The notes under the pieces are model-generated. The model was not told the DNA's origin. It was given only the letters and a program-made list of their open reading frames with translations, and did not search any database. The translations under genes were made by a program, and so were the position numbers. From NCBI GenBank assembly GCA_965261735.1, contig OZ253470.1:3264001-3328000 (forward strand): 64,000 nucleotides of DNA, in the 5' to 3' direction. Below are positions 52,944 through 63,622 of this stretch, in pieces. How positions within the stretch are numbered: position 1 is the stretch's first letter; every line of letters starts with the position of its first letter. The stretch is from Alphaproteobacteria bacterium. GTDB lineage: Bacteria; Pseudomonadota; Alphaproteobacteria; SHVV01.

Positions 52944-53168
52944 CTATTTGAGGCCGAAGCCCTCGAAGCGCTTCTGGAACTTGGCCACCTGGCCGCCGGT
53001 GTCGACGAGGCGCAGGCCGCCGCCGGTCCAGGCCGGGTGCGACTTGGGGTCGATGTCGAGCTTGAGCACGTCGCCCGCCGCGCCCCAGGTCGAGCGGGTC
53101 GTGAAGGTGGTGCCGTCGGTAAGCACCACCGTGATTTCGTGGTAGTCCGGGTGGGTGTCTTTCTTCAT
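52944..53168 (-). CDS. rpmE: 50S ribosomal protein L31 (no zinc-binding Cys)
   Basis: [24 protein letters not shown]. Confidence 0.95.
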   Translation of the reverse strand: MKKDTHPDYHEITVVLTDGTTFTTRSTWGAAGDVLKLDIDPKSHPAWTGGGLRLVDTGGQVAKFQKRFEGFGLK

Positions 53169-53300
53169 CGGGCGAGCCTCTTGTGGACGGCGCACGGTTT
53201 ATAGGCGACGCCGCGCGCGCTGGCAAGCGCCGCCGACTTGTTGGCGGCACCCAGGATTGCTAGGCTCGCGCTCCTTGGACTGCGGCAGCGGGATCGCCAT

Positions 53301-53630
53301 ATGGCGCTCGATGAACGAGCCTTCGCAACACTCGCCGACGAGACGCTCGCGCGCATCGCCGAGCGCATCGAGGCCGCAGACGACGATCTCGAGGTCGATC
53401 TCGAGGGCAGCGTCCTGCAGATCGAGACGCCGTCGGGCGAGATCTTCGTCCTCAACAAGCATGCGCCGCTGTGCCAGCTGTGGCTCTCCTCGCCGATGAG
53501 CGGGGCCAGCCACTACGCCTGGGACGCGGCCCGCGCCGGCTGGTTCTCGACCCGCGGCGGCGCGGCCCTCGGCACAGTCCTGAGCGGCGACCTGAGCTCG
53601 GTCGCCGGCCTCGACGTGAGCTTCGACTGA
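53301..53630 (+). CDS. cyaY: Frataxin-family iron donor
   Basis: GSVLQI, FVLNKH, QLWLSSPMSGASHY. Confidence 0.88.
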   Translation: MALDERAFATLADETLARIAERIEAADDDLEVDLEGSVLQIETPSGEIFVLNKHAPLCQLWLSSPMSGASHYAWDAARAGWFSTRGGAALGTVLSGDLSSVAGLDVSFD

Positions 53631-53653
53631 GCGCCCATGCCGACGGTGACAGG

Positions 53654-55468
53654 GTGAGCGTAACCGGCGCGTCCGAGCGCAGCGCCGAGCCGCGCGCGGG
53701 CGCCGGCCTCGGCAAGCTGCGACGCCTGCTGCCTTTCGTCGCGCCCTACCGGCTCGTGGTCCTAGGCGCAGTGCTGGCGCTCACGGTGGCCGCGGGCGCG
53801 ATGCTGGCCATCGGCCAGGCCCTGCGCCGGGTCGTCGACCTCGGCTTTCGCGCCGAGAACGCCGAGTTCCTCGACCAGTACTTCATCGGCCTGTTCGGTG
53901 TGGTCGCGGTGCTGGCGGCCGCCACCTACGGCCGCTTCTTTCTCGTCTCGTGGCTCGGCGAGCGCGTCGTCGCCGACCTCCGCAGCGCCGTCTACGACCG
54001 CGTGATCGGGCTCGACCTCGCCTATTTCGAGGTCACGCGGACGGGCGAGGTGCTCTCGCGCCTGACCACCGACGCGACGTTCATCGAATCGGTAGTCGGC
54101 TCGACCGCCTCGGTGGCGCTGCGCAACGTGCTGCTGTTCCTCGGCGGCACGGTCCTGCTCGTCGTCACGAGCCCCAAGCTCGCGGGCCTCACCTTCCTCA
54201 TCGTCCCGGTCGTCGTGCTACCGATCGTGGTCTTCGGACGGCGCGTGCGGCGGCTGTCGCGCGCGAGCCAGGACCGCATCGCCGACGTCGGCGCGCTCGC
54301 CGGCGAGACGCTCAACGCCGTGCAGACCGTGCAGGCGTTCACCCACGAGGACGTCGACCGCCGCCATTTCCGCGCGCGCGTCGACGCCGCGTTCCGCACC
54401 GCCATTCGCCGCATTCGCATGCGCTCCGGGCTCACGGCCGCGGTCATCCTGCTGGTGTTCGGCGCCGTCGATGCGGTGCTGTGGATCGGCGCCACCGATG
54501 TCGCCCGCGGCGCGATGAGCGGCGGCGAGCTTGCCGCGTTCGTCTTCTACGCCATTGTCGTCTCCGGCGCCGTCGGCGCGCTGAGCGAGGTCTACGGAGA
54601 GTTCCAGCGCGCAGCGGGCGCGGCCGAGCGCCTCATCGAGCTGCTCGAGACCGAGCCCTCGATCACCCCACCGGCGCATCCGGTGGCGCTGCCCGAGCCG
54701 GTGCAGGGTGCGCTGGTGATGGACGACGTGACGTTCTGCTATCCCTCGCGCCCCGAAACCCCGGCGCTGGCCAACTTCTCGCTCACCATCGCGCCGGGCG
54801 AGCGCGTGGCGCTGGTGGGCCCTTCGGGCGCCGGTAAGAGCACCGTGTTCCAGCTCATCTTGCGCTTCTTCGATGCGACAGCCGGGACCCTCTCGCTCGA
54901 CGGCGTGGCGCTTGCCGACGCCGATCCCCGGGTGCTGCGCTCGCGCATCGGCCTGGTCTCCCAGGAACCCGTCATCTTCGGCGGCGATGCCACCGAGAAC
55001 ATCCGCTACGGCCGGCCCGACGCGAGCGAGGACGAGGTTCGCGCGGCCGCGGTGGCCGCCGCGGCCGACGGATTCCTCGATAAGCTCCCGCAGGGCTACG
55101 CCACCTATCTCGGCGAGCGCGGCGTACGTCTCTCCGGCGGCCAGCGCCAACGTATCGCCATCGCCCGCGCGATTCTGCGCAACCCGGCGCTGCTCCTGCT
55201 CGACGAGGCGACCAGCGCGCTCGACGCCGAGAGCGAGCGCAAGGTGCAGGCGGCGCTCGAGCCGCTGATGGTGGGCCGGAGTACGCTGGTCATCGCCCAC
55301 CGCTTCGCCACCGTGCTCAAGGCCGACCGCATCATCGTCATGGATAAGGGCCGCGTCCTCGCCCAGGGCAGCCACGCGGAGCTCATGGCCGAGGGTGGCC
55401 TCTACGCCCGCCTCGCCGCGCTCCAGTTCGATATGACCGAGGCGAGCATCGGAGCGGCGGCGCAGTAG
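53654..55468 (+). CDS. ABC exporter, fused permease/ATPase (MsbA-related)
   Basis: WLGERVVADLR, GPSGAGKST, LSGGQRQR, LLDEATSALD. Confidence 0.92.
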   Translation: MSVTGASERSAEPRAGAGLGKLRRLLPFVAPYRLVVLGAVLALTVAAGAMLAIGQALRRVVDLGFRAENAEFLDQYFIGLFGVVAVLAAATYGRFFLVSWLGERVVADLRSAVYDRVIGLDLAYFEVTRTGEVLSRLTTDATFIESVVGSTASVALRNVLLFLGGTVLLVVTSPKLAGLTFLIVPVVVLPIVVFGRRVRRLSRASQDRIADVGALAGETLNAVQTVQAFTHEDVDRRHFRARVDAAFRTAIRRIRMRSGLTAAVILLVFGAVDAVLWIGATDVARGAMSGGELAAFVFYAIVVSGAVGALSEVYGEFQRAAGAAERLIELLETEPSITPPAHPVALPEPVQGALVMDDVTFCYPSRPETPALANFSLTIAPGERVALVGPSGAGKSTVFQLILRFFDATAGTLSLDGVALADADPRVLRSRIGLVSQEPVIFGGDATENIRYGRPDASEDEVRAAAVAAAADGFLDKLPQGYATYLGERGVRLSGGQRQRIAIARAILRNPALLLLDEATSALDAESERKVQAALEPLMVGRSTLVIAHRFATVLKADRIIVMDKGRVLAQGSHAELMAEGGLYARLAALQFDMTEASIGAAAQ

Positions 55469-55509
55469 GCGGCCGCCGGGCCGCCAGGCCCCGAGCGGCC
55501 GACCCGCGC

Positions 55510-56565
55510 TCAGATTGCGTCGGCGATGGCGCGGCCCGCGTCCTCGGTCGAGGCGCGCCCGCCGAGGTCGGGCGTCAGTGCCCGCCCCCCCACAACCACG
55601 CGCTCGATGGCCGCGACGATGGCGGCGGCAGCCTCGGGGTGGCCGAGGTGGTCGAGCATCATGGCGCCCGACCAGATTTGCGCGATCGGATTGGCGATGC
55701 CCTGGCCGGCGATATCGGGCGCCGAGCCGTGCACGGGCTCGAACATCGACGGTGCGGTGCGCTCGGGATTGAGGTTGGCCGAGGGCGCGAGGCCCATGCC
55801 CCCGGCCACCGCCGGGCCGAGGTCGGAGAGGATGTCGCCGAACAGGTTGCTACCGACGACGACGTCGAACCAATCGGGATGGCGCACGAAATGCGCCGTC
55901 AGAATGTCGATGTGAAACTTGTCGACGCGCACGTCGGGGTAGTCGGCAGCCGAGGTCTCCATGCGCTCGTCCCAGTAGGGCATGGTGTGGATGATCCCGT
56001 TGGACTTGGTCGCGGACGTCAGGTGCTTGCGCGGCCGCGAGCGCGCGAGTTCGAGGGCGAAGCGCTGCACCCGATCGACGCCGGTGCGCGTGAACACCGA
56101 CTCCTGGACGACCATCTCCTGCGCCGTGCCGGCGTAGAGCCGACCGCCGATCTCGCAATACTCGCCCTCGACGTTCTCGCGCACGACGATGAAGTCGATG
56201 TCCTCGGGCCCGCGGTCGCGCAGCGGCGATGCGAGGCCCGGCAGCAGGCGAACCGGGCGCAGGTTGACGTACTGGTTGAAGGCACGGCGAATGGGGATCA
56301 ACAGTCCCCACAACGACACGTGATCGGGCACGCCGGGATAGCCGACGGCGCCGAGGTAGATGGCATCGAAGGGCGCCAGACGAGCCAGGCCGTCCTCGGG
56401 CATCAGGCACCCGGTCGCGGCATAGTCCTCGCACGACCAGTCGAAGGTCTCGACATCGAACTCGACGCCGAAGCGCCGGCCCGCAGCCTCGAGGGCGCGC
56501 AGGCCCTCGGGCATGACCTCGCGCCCGATCCCGTCGCCCGGGATTACGGCGATGCGGTGGCTCAT
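55510..56565 (-). CDS. Tartrate dehydrogenase/D-malate decarboxylating dehydrogenase
   Basis: IAVIPGDGIG, VPDHVSLWGLL, TKSNG, FEPVHGSAPDI. Confidence 0.9.
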   Translation of the reverse strand: MSHRIAVIPGDGIGREVMPEGLRALEAAGRRFGVEFDVETFDWSCEDYAATGCLMPEDGLARLAPFDAIYLGAVGYPGVPDHVSLWGLLIPIRRAFNQYVNLRPVRLLPGLASPLRDRGPEDIDFIVVRENVEGEYCEIGGRLYAGTAQEMVVQESVFTRTGVDRVQRFALELARSRPRKHLTSATKSNGIIHTMPYWDERMETSAADYPDVRVDKFHIDILTAHFVRHPDWFDVVVGSNLFGDILSDLGPAVAGGMGLAPSANLNPERTAPSMFEPVHGSAPDIAGQGIANPIAQIWSGAMMLDHLGHPEAAAAIVAAIERVVVGGRALTPDLGGRASTEDAGRAIADAI

Positions 56566-57059
56566 GAGGCGGTGGCGGCTGGCGCCGCGTCGCCGTCGAG
56601 GCGCAGCTCGAAGAACATCACGCCGGGCAGCGGATTGTCGTTGTAGGCCGGGATTTGCGTGAAACCCAGGTCGCGGTACAGCGTGAGGGCGGCGGCCAGA
56701 TGCGGCAAGGTATCGAGGCGCATGACGCCGTAGCCCAGGTCCCGCCCCTTGTCCACGATGGCGGTGGCGAGGCGGCGCCCCAGGCCCGTCCCGCGAAAGC
56801 GCGGCCGGACATAGAGCCGCTTCATCTCGCATGCGGTGCCCATCAGCGGCCGAAGCCCCACCGCGCCGGCCGCCCAGCGAGGTGCGCGCGCCAGCAGGAG
56901 ACAGCCGCCGGTCGATGCGTAGGCGCCGGGAAAGCCGGCGATTTCCTCATCGAACCCCTGAAAGCACAAGTCGACGCCAAGCGCGTCCACGTACTCGACG
57001 AACAGCGTCTTCCCCGCCTCGATATCGGGTGCGGACCGTGCCTCGACGATATCGGCCAT
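56562..57059 (-). CDS. GNAT acetyltransferase
   Basis: DLCFQGF, CEMKRLYVRPRFRGTGLG, LDTL. Confidence 0.88.
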   Translation of the reverse strand: MADIVEARSAPDIEAGKTLFVEYVDALGVDLCFQGFDEEIAGFPGAYASTGGCLLLARAPRWAAGAVGLRPLMGTACEMKRLYVRPRFRGTGLGRRLATAIVDKGRDLGYGVMRLDTLPHLAAALTLYRDLGFTQIPAYNDNPLPGVMFFELRLDGDAAPAATAS

Positions 57060-57105
57060 GGCGCGACACTAGTAGTCCGCCGGGCCCGTGGCCAGCGCCA
57101 CGGCA

Positions 57106-57897
57106 TCAGACGGTGATCGTGCCCTCGAGGTAGAGCACACAGCGACCCTCGATGACGACGCGATCGCCCGCTAGCCGGCATTGAAGCTCGCCGCCGCGCC
57201 GCGATATCTGCGCCGCGGCGAACTCGCTCTTGCCGAGCCGCGACGCCCAATAGGGCGCCAGCGCGCACTGCGCCGAGCCCGTCACCGGGTCCTCGGGCAC
57301 CCCGAGCGCGGGGGCGAAGAAGCGCGATACAAAGTCGTGGTTGCGCCCGGGTGCGGTGACGATGACGCCCGGGCGGTCTAGGCGCGCGAGCGCGGCCATA
57401 TCGGGGGCGAGGCGCGCGAGCGTGTCCTCGGTCTCGACCACCGCGAGATAGTCGCGCTCGCCGGCGCTCAGCACCTCCAGCGGCACCAGCCCCAGAGCAT
57501 CCTCGAGCCCGGCGGGAGGGGGGCAGGGCTGCGGCACCAGCGCCGGGAAATCCATCGCCAGCCGATCGCCGACCTTGTCGACGCTGAGGGTCCCACTCTC
57601 GCGTGTCGTGAAAGCAACCTGGCTCAGTCCGCGTTCGAGCAGCTCGAACAGGACGAAGGCCGAGGCCAGCGTCGCATGGCCGCACAGGGCAAACTCGGCG
57701 ACGGGCGTGAACCAGCGCAATGCGTAGGCGCCGCCCTCGCCGGCAACGAAGAAGGCCGTCTCCGAAAGATTGTTCTCCGCCGCGATGCCCTGGAGCAGCG
57801 AATCGTCGAGCCAGCCCTCAAGCGGACACACGGCGGCGGGGTTGCCCGCGAACACGGCGCTCGCAAAGGCATCGACCTGGTAAAGCGGCAGCCGCAC
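57106..57897 (-). CDS. PhzF-family isomerase
   Basis: VDAF, GNPAAV, NLSETAF, LCGHAT, EDPVTGS. Confidence 0.9.
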   Translation of the reverse strand: MRLPLYQVDAFASAVFAGNPAAVCPLEGWLDDSLLQGIAAENNLSETAFFVAGEGGAYALRWFTPVAEFALCGHATLASAFVLFELLERGLSQVAFTTRESGTLSVDKVGDRLAMDFPALVPQPCPPPAGLEDALGLVPLEVLSAGERDYLAVVETEDTLARLAPDMAALARLDRPGVIVTAPGRNHDFVSRFFAPALGVPEDPVTGSAQCALAPYWASRLGKSEFAAAQISRRGGELQCRLAGDRVVIEGRCVLYLEGTITV

Positions 57898-57901
57898 GAG
57901 C

Positions 57902-58839
57902 CTACGGAGTTTTGGCGGCGGCGAAGGTGCCGGAGGCGTCGTAGCCGGAGCCGGTCAGGCTGATGTGCCCGCCGGTCTCGGCGACCTTATCGGTACCGGT
58001 GGAGTTCTGCACGAAGGAGCCGAGGAAGGAGCCGGTCCGGCCCGAATGCACGCCGGCGCCGGTGACCGAGCCCGAGTACTTGTGGCCGGCACTCGCAGAG
58101 ACGATGGAGATGCCGAAGCCCGAGAAAGAGCCGCCGTCGAAGTCGGTGACGTTGAAGGTCGAGGCGGCGGGGTTGCCGAAGTTGGCGACAAAGGCCAGGT
58201 TGCCGGCGGCGAAGTAGGAATCGCTGCCGTTGAGGACGCTGGTCGCGATGTGGCCAGAATAGGTCGCGGTGCCGGTCGACGGAATATCGGCGAGGTCCGG
58301 GATGCGCCCGGCAACCCACGTTGCGCCGTGAATGCGCTCGAAGGTCAAGCCGCCGCTCGGTTGCAGCTCGCCGCCCCAGAAGCCCCATTTGAGGAAGTTG
58401 CAGTCGCACAGCGTGATCGTCGACGAAAGGCCGGGGATGCTCTCGGTAGTGAACATGTAATGGTTGGAGATGCTCACCGTGACGCCGTCGAAGCGCGATT
58501 TGGTATCGGGGTTCGCGACGGCACCGAAGGCATCGTCGTCGATGAAGGCGCTGTGTTCAGCGCCGTCGAACGAGGTGCCGAAGGCGGTCACGTCTTCATC
58601 GCCGAACTGCGCGATGATCGGCGTGAAGGGCGAGACGATCTGGTTGACGGCGATGGTGGCGAGCACCTTGTTCGCCTCGGCGCTGGTCTGCACCCTGATG
58701 TCGATCAGATCGTTAGTGTTGTTCTGGAACAGCTTCTCGGAAATGAGCGCCCCGGTGCTGGTGTTGATCGACTGGACGGCGCCGCCGGAATAGCCGTGTA
58801 GCGCGTTCGAAGATACTTGGGTCGTGCGCGTACCGAGAG
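57902..58839 (-). pseudogene. C-terminal part of a large surface protein with a TbpB-like beta-barrel end; 5' part removed at the IS border
   Basis: Frame open to the IS end; KWGFWGG, PSTGTATYSG, GSFLGSF, terminal GTFAAAK. Confidence 0.65.
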
Positions 58840-60483
58840 GGGTGCGAGTCTCGCATGGCAGTGATGTCTGCGGCTTGGTTCGTTGAGTTCAGGCAGCGAT
58901 TGCCATGGCTGCTGCACGTGGACTGATGTTGTCGTTGGCCGGTGTGTCGGTTGCGCTGATCAGGGCCTTCCATGCGCGCTCGAAGCGGCCGGATTTGATC
59001 AGGGCGCGGAAGGTCAGAACAGCCTGTCCGCCGACGATCCGCCAGCGCATGCCGGAGCGCTTCATGCGCTGTGTCACCAGGGATCTTGTTGGCAGCCTCG
59101 ACCACGCCTGAGCCGATGGCGATGCCCTCTTCCTTCAGGGCGTGGTAGCGCATGCGATGGCGATGCTTGCGGAAGAAGGCGAGTTCCCGCTCGGTCTCGG
59201 CCCGGTCCGGCGCAGCGGCGGCATCGCGAAGGTGGCGCAGCGCCCGGATCACCTTGGCGACGCCACGGGGATCGTGACGGAGGATCTCGCGGTACTTCTC
59301 GAACCAGCCGGGCGCCACGGCATGGTCGGACGCGGTTTGCAGATGTTCGCAAGCATGCCAGAAGTCGATCACCTCGGTTTCGGGCGACAGGGTCTCCAGG
59401 AAGGTCCAGTTGTCGGCGGCGCCATCGGCGATAGCGACGATCCCGATCTCGGGGCGTGCTCGCCTGATGTGTGCGACTTCGCTTGCAAGCTGCGCCTTCA
59501 GCGTGAGCTTGCCGCTCTCCGGCATGGGGCCGAGATAGAGGGTCTTCAGGCGCTTGCCCTCGGCGTCGTGGAAGGAGACCGTGCCGCAGGCGGCCTCGCG
59601 CCAGGAGGCCTTGGCGCGACCGTCCTCGCCGGGTCTCAGCGACACCATGACGCCGTCGAGGGAGACCGAGGCGGTGGTCGCGTCCTGCGGTATGCCCTCG
59701 GCCTCACGGATGCTGCCCAGCGTCTCCGGGCCGAGGCTCTCCCAGCATTCGTGCATGCTCAGGGTCAGGCGCTCACCGACGGCGTCATGGCGCCGGTCTT
59801 CGCAAAGAACGCCGCCGCTTCCCGGGCCGTGCAGCGACCCATCATCAGCAGACCGAGCTCGGCCGCCGGCCGCGTCAGGTAATCGTCGACGAGGCCCAGG
59901 CTCTCGTCGACCGGCACCGGCGATGCCCCGCTCGCGCCGCTGCGGTAACGCGCTCGCCGGTAGGTCACCGGACCGAGCGAGGTCATGATCGTCTTCGGCG
60001 TCACCGCGACCCGGAACCAGCTCTGCCCGTCCCGCTCGATCCGGGAAGCGCCATCGTCCCGGTTCTCGATGACGGCGCCCATGACATCGCGAGCGAACTC
60101 GTTCGTGGCCTCACGCACCCGCAACTCGACCTCCTCGGGTGCCTCGGGGCGCGGCTCGGAACGAAGCTCCTCGCGACACAGTGCGAGCACCCGGGCGGCC
60201 GCCTCGACGACCCGAGGAGGCAGGCCGGAAAGATCGATGGACGAAGGCGCCGGAGGCGGGATACTGCCATGGGAATGCTCCCGATGTTGGGTTTCGAGAC
60301 ACGGCATCGTACCGCTTCTGGCGGTGCGGAGCGTTCCCACCTTCCCCTGCTCGACCCTGCCGTCGTGACAAAATCCTGCCTTGGAGCGGCCCATTGTCAC
60401 GAATAGCCGTTTTCGGCCGTTCGTCTCGACACAAAAACCGCACTAAATCAATGACTTGGATTTTCCATACCAGACCCACACCC
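58840..60483 (-). mobile_element. ISKra4/ISLre2-like element, copy 2, no TSD
   Basis: Near-identical to 38462-40105; flanks ACCGAGAG and GGCAGCTT differ. Confidence 0.88.
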
Positions 60484-60744
60484 GGCAGCTTTCGGTTCCA
60501 GTTCGATTTGTGAACAATTTCGGATATCTCAATCTATTTCGACCCAGATACCTCTATAACACGCTGTTATTATTTAATATTATATCCACTCCAGAGACTC
60601 GTCGCACAAACGCCCTCAAATATACGTAATCATTTCGCAAGAGGATTCGTTCTAATTCAGGCGCATTCAAGCGCACATTTGTCGTAACGTTTCACCAACA
60701 TCCCAACATCGGGGGTAACCGTTCCACCGTTCCCCCGAGGCGTG

Positions 60745-61159
60745 TACGCACGCAGAGCTTGTAGCCGTGTTCGATACGCACTCCGGCGAGATCCGTCGCT
60801 GGACCGGTAAATCCTATCCAGTGGATGGGCAGCAGCACACCCTGGACCACGTGAAGGACCTCGGCACGCATTTCCTCGAACTCGGCTCCGAGCGCCTCCT
60901 CCTTCTCGGCTGCCATGATCTGTTGCTCTTCGCCGCTCGAGGCAGGCCGTCGGTGCACGGTCCCACGCCCAAGGAAGAACGGTGCCGGCGCATGATTGGA
61001 CTAGCCCGGGAGTTCGAGCCGACGATGATCCTCCATCATCCCCACACGACCTACTCGCCGAGAGTCTGGGCAGGCGCATGGGGCGCAATGCCGAAGCACA
61101 TCGCACGGAGCCCGACGTCCCGGCAAACCGCTGAGGCAGTACCGCCCTGGAGGGCTTGA
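60745..61159 (+). pseudogene. Fragment with a nitrilase/C-N hydrolase-like motif
   Basis: WTGKSYP...LLLLGCHDL...HHPH; no clear start, tail degenerate. Confidence 0.35.
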
Positions 61160-61344
61160 AGCGAATCCGCGCAACCCCGCGCACCATCGAGCCAGACACA
61201 AGTATCTCAGCCACGTTCCGGCGCTTCCGCGCCTCGCTCCAGCGACGGTGACGACGGCGAACCCGACCGTCGCCCCCGGTGCCTGACTGCTCCGCTTCGT
61301 CCGACATCCTTACAAGTGTCCACTTATCCTCGATGGACACTTAC
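61160..61344 (-). mobile_element. IS66-family left end and tnpA remnant
   Basis: GTAAGTGTCC end at 61344; RRRHRRWSEARKRRNVAE...VRGVAR. Confidence 0.6.
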
Positions 61345-61525
61345 AACGCGCCCACCTCCGAGCGCGCACCCTCCTCGATCCCGGACAAATGCGACAGACG
61401 GCCTACGCCGAATGCCTACGGGTCTGCAGAGCTCAGGCGGAGGGAGCGCGGATGTGGAGGGAGACGGGTAGGGGGCCTTCTGAGCGCTCCCACAATACTC
61501 CACGAAAGCTCTGCCTTTTTTGGTG

Positions 61526-61554
61526 TTGACATGGAGTTATGGGGAGAATATAGG
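61526..61554 (+). promoter_or_regulatory. Possible sigma70 promoter
   Basis: TTGACA-17-TATAGG. Confidence 0.4.
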
Positions 61555-61611
61555 AGATTTACCGAAGCATTATTAAGGTGCTTCATTTACCTATGAAGAA
61601 GGAGCAGGGAC

Positions 61612-62094
61612 ATGAAAATGTTCGTTTTCGAAGGGACTCAAAAGGAGATCCGCGAGGTAGCTCAATCCATGCTGCCGATGGCCTCGGACCACACCGTCTC
61701 GGTCAAGATACCAGAAGAGCGCCGGTCCACCAGCCTGCGGGAACAGAGTTCAGAACAACCGAAAAAGTTCGTCAGCGAGGAGTTTGCCCACCGCGTGTTG
61801 ACGCGTCGACCGCCGCTTTCCGCGCCAGTCAAAGCTGTGTTCAAAGCGCTGAATGACGCCTACCCGGGCTGGGTGCCGTTGACCGACCTGCACGTCGCTG
61901 CAGATTATACCCCCCAGCAGTTCGCGGGACTGATGGGGGCCTTTGGCAGGCGGATGTCACATACCGACGACTATGATGCGGACGCTCACTTCTTCGACTA
62001 TCGGTGGAACGACGAGCGAGAAGCATGGGGCTATGCCCTGCCGGATTCCGTGTACCAGGTGTACCAGGTGTTGAATGCAGACGAAGGCGATTGA
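61612..62094 (+). CDS. Hypothetical protein, possible winged-helix C-terminal domain
   Basis: Clean ORF with AAGGAG RBS; QQFAGLMGAFGRR helix followed by an aromatic beta hairpin. Confidence 0.6.
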   Translation: MKMFVFEGTQKEIREVAQSMLPMASDHTVSVKIPEERRSTSLREQSSEQPKKFVSEEFAHRVLTRRPPLSAPVKAVFKALNDAYPGWVPLTDLHVAADYTPQQFAGLMGAFGRRMSHTDDYDADAHFFDYRWNDEREAWGYALPDSVYQVYQVLNADEGD

Positions 62095-62182
62095 CGAGCC
62101 TACGCTGAGAATTGCTCGCCGGTGCAGTGGCGTCGGCGAGCGTTCTCCATGTGCCCTGGAGCTAGTTCACAGACTTCAGGGG

Positions 62183-62274
62183 TGTTGATCGGCGTCGAAT
62201 GTTGACCCCTCACAGTCACGCAATATCAACGCGTTAGAGCGCCGATCGGCGTCGAATCGGCGCGCCGATCAACA
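62183..62274. mobile_element. 92-bp miniature element with IS21-like ends
   Basis: TGTTGATCGGCG...CGCCGATCAACA terminal IRs; internal repeat GATCGGCGTCGAAT. Confidence 0.65.
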
Positions 62275-63325
62275 CCATAGCCAGCTGAGCTGGATCATCA
62301 TCGTACGAAGCCGAGCGTTTCCGGCTTTGGAGACGCCTTGCTCCCGAGCGACGGCGCCGCTCTGCCAAGGCGTCGGAGCCAGACCGGCGTAAGAGGCAAG
62401 CTGCCGTCGGTTGGCGAAGTGTCGGAAGAGCCCTTCAAACCAAAGGACCATGGTGAACTCGGGACCGATGCCCCTCAAAGTGTGCAGAACCGCCGCCGGG
62501 GACCGCGGGTCCTCGGCTTGTGACGCCAGAAGCGCATCGCGCTGCTTCTCTACCGTCCTTACCTGTTCGAGAAGGAGTTCCAGACGGTCAAGTTCGCGGC
62601 TGAGCTGTTGCTTCAGGCAGATCGGGAGAGGTCGTCCATCGCCAGTTCTGAGCGCCTCCAGCTTTTGGCGCCGATCGCGCCGAACAGGCTCGTATTCCGT
62701 GATGCCCTGTGCGAACAGAAGCCCCTTTATGCGGTTGACATCCTTAACCCGTTCGGCAGTCAGAGACCGGCGCTCACGGCTGATCTGACGACGGTCCTCC
62801 TGTTCAGGCGTGGGCGCCTTAGCCATGGCGCAGACCCGCGGCTCGCCCCGCTTATGGGCCAGCAAGGCTCTGACCAAGGCTTCGCCGTCGACCCCGTCCG
62901 TCTTGACACGCCGCCGCCGGCGCGACGTGGCTATGGAAGCCGGATCCACAACGTGGCTCTCGATGTTTGCATTCTGAAGGGTCCGATGAATCCAGAACCC
63001 GTCCAGGCCAGCCTCATGGATCACAATCAGACGGTACCGCCGCCCTGTCCGCGTCTGGCACTTTGCCTGCAGTTGGGAAAACCTCGCAAAAAGGCCCGCG
63101 ACATCGCCGCCACGCACCTGGTGCTTGGACATCTTCTCCCCGCTGCCCGGTGACAACGACGTGACGTGCCACGTCGTCAGGCTGAGTTCTAGCGACACGA
63201 AAATCGCGCTTAGATCACTGTGGACAGGAGCCCGCTCTTCAGACACTTGTTTAATCGATGACATGGTTACCTCCACAGAGTTATGTTGCGACACCACTCT
63301 CAAAAGTGGATCACAATCCATCCCA
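62275..63325 (-). mobile_element. IS110-family element; transposase from 63264, 3'-truncated
   Basis: LELS, HEAG, KTDGVD, GIG, YAGLAPTPWQSG, KAGNARLR; cut at 62275. Confidence 0.88.
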
Positions 63326-63571
63326 TGGATCCTCGACGAGCTCGGGATCAGTCAGTACCGGTTGGCGAAAACGATCGGCGTATCGCCACGCCGCATCAAC
63401 GAAATCGTCCACGGCCGCCGATCCATCACGGCAGACACTGCGCTACGCATGGGGCAAGCCCTCGGAATGACACCGGAGTTTTGGTTGAATCTGCAAAACT
63501 TCTACGACCTGGATGTAGCGCGAGGTTCAAACGAAATCGGCACCATCGAACCGCTTGTTGCCGCAGGCTAG
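63326..63571 (+). pseudogene. higA: HigA antitoxin, 5'-truncated at the IS110 end
   Basis: GISQYRLAK.IGVSPRRINEIVHGRRSITADTALR...PEFWLNLQ; HPGE N-terminus missing. Confidence 0.85.
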
Positions 63572-63622
63572 AGAGAGTGCTCCTGTCGGCGGTCTGCCGC
63601 ACAAGGTCGATCATAGTCTCGC

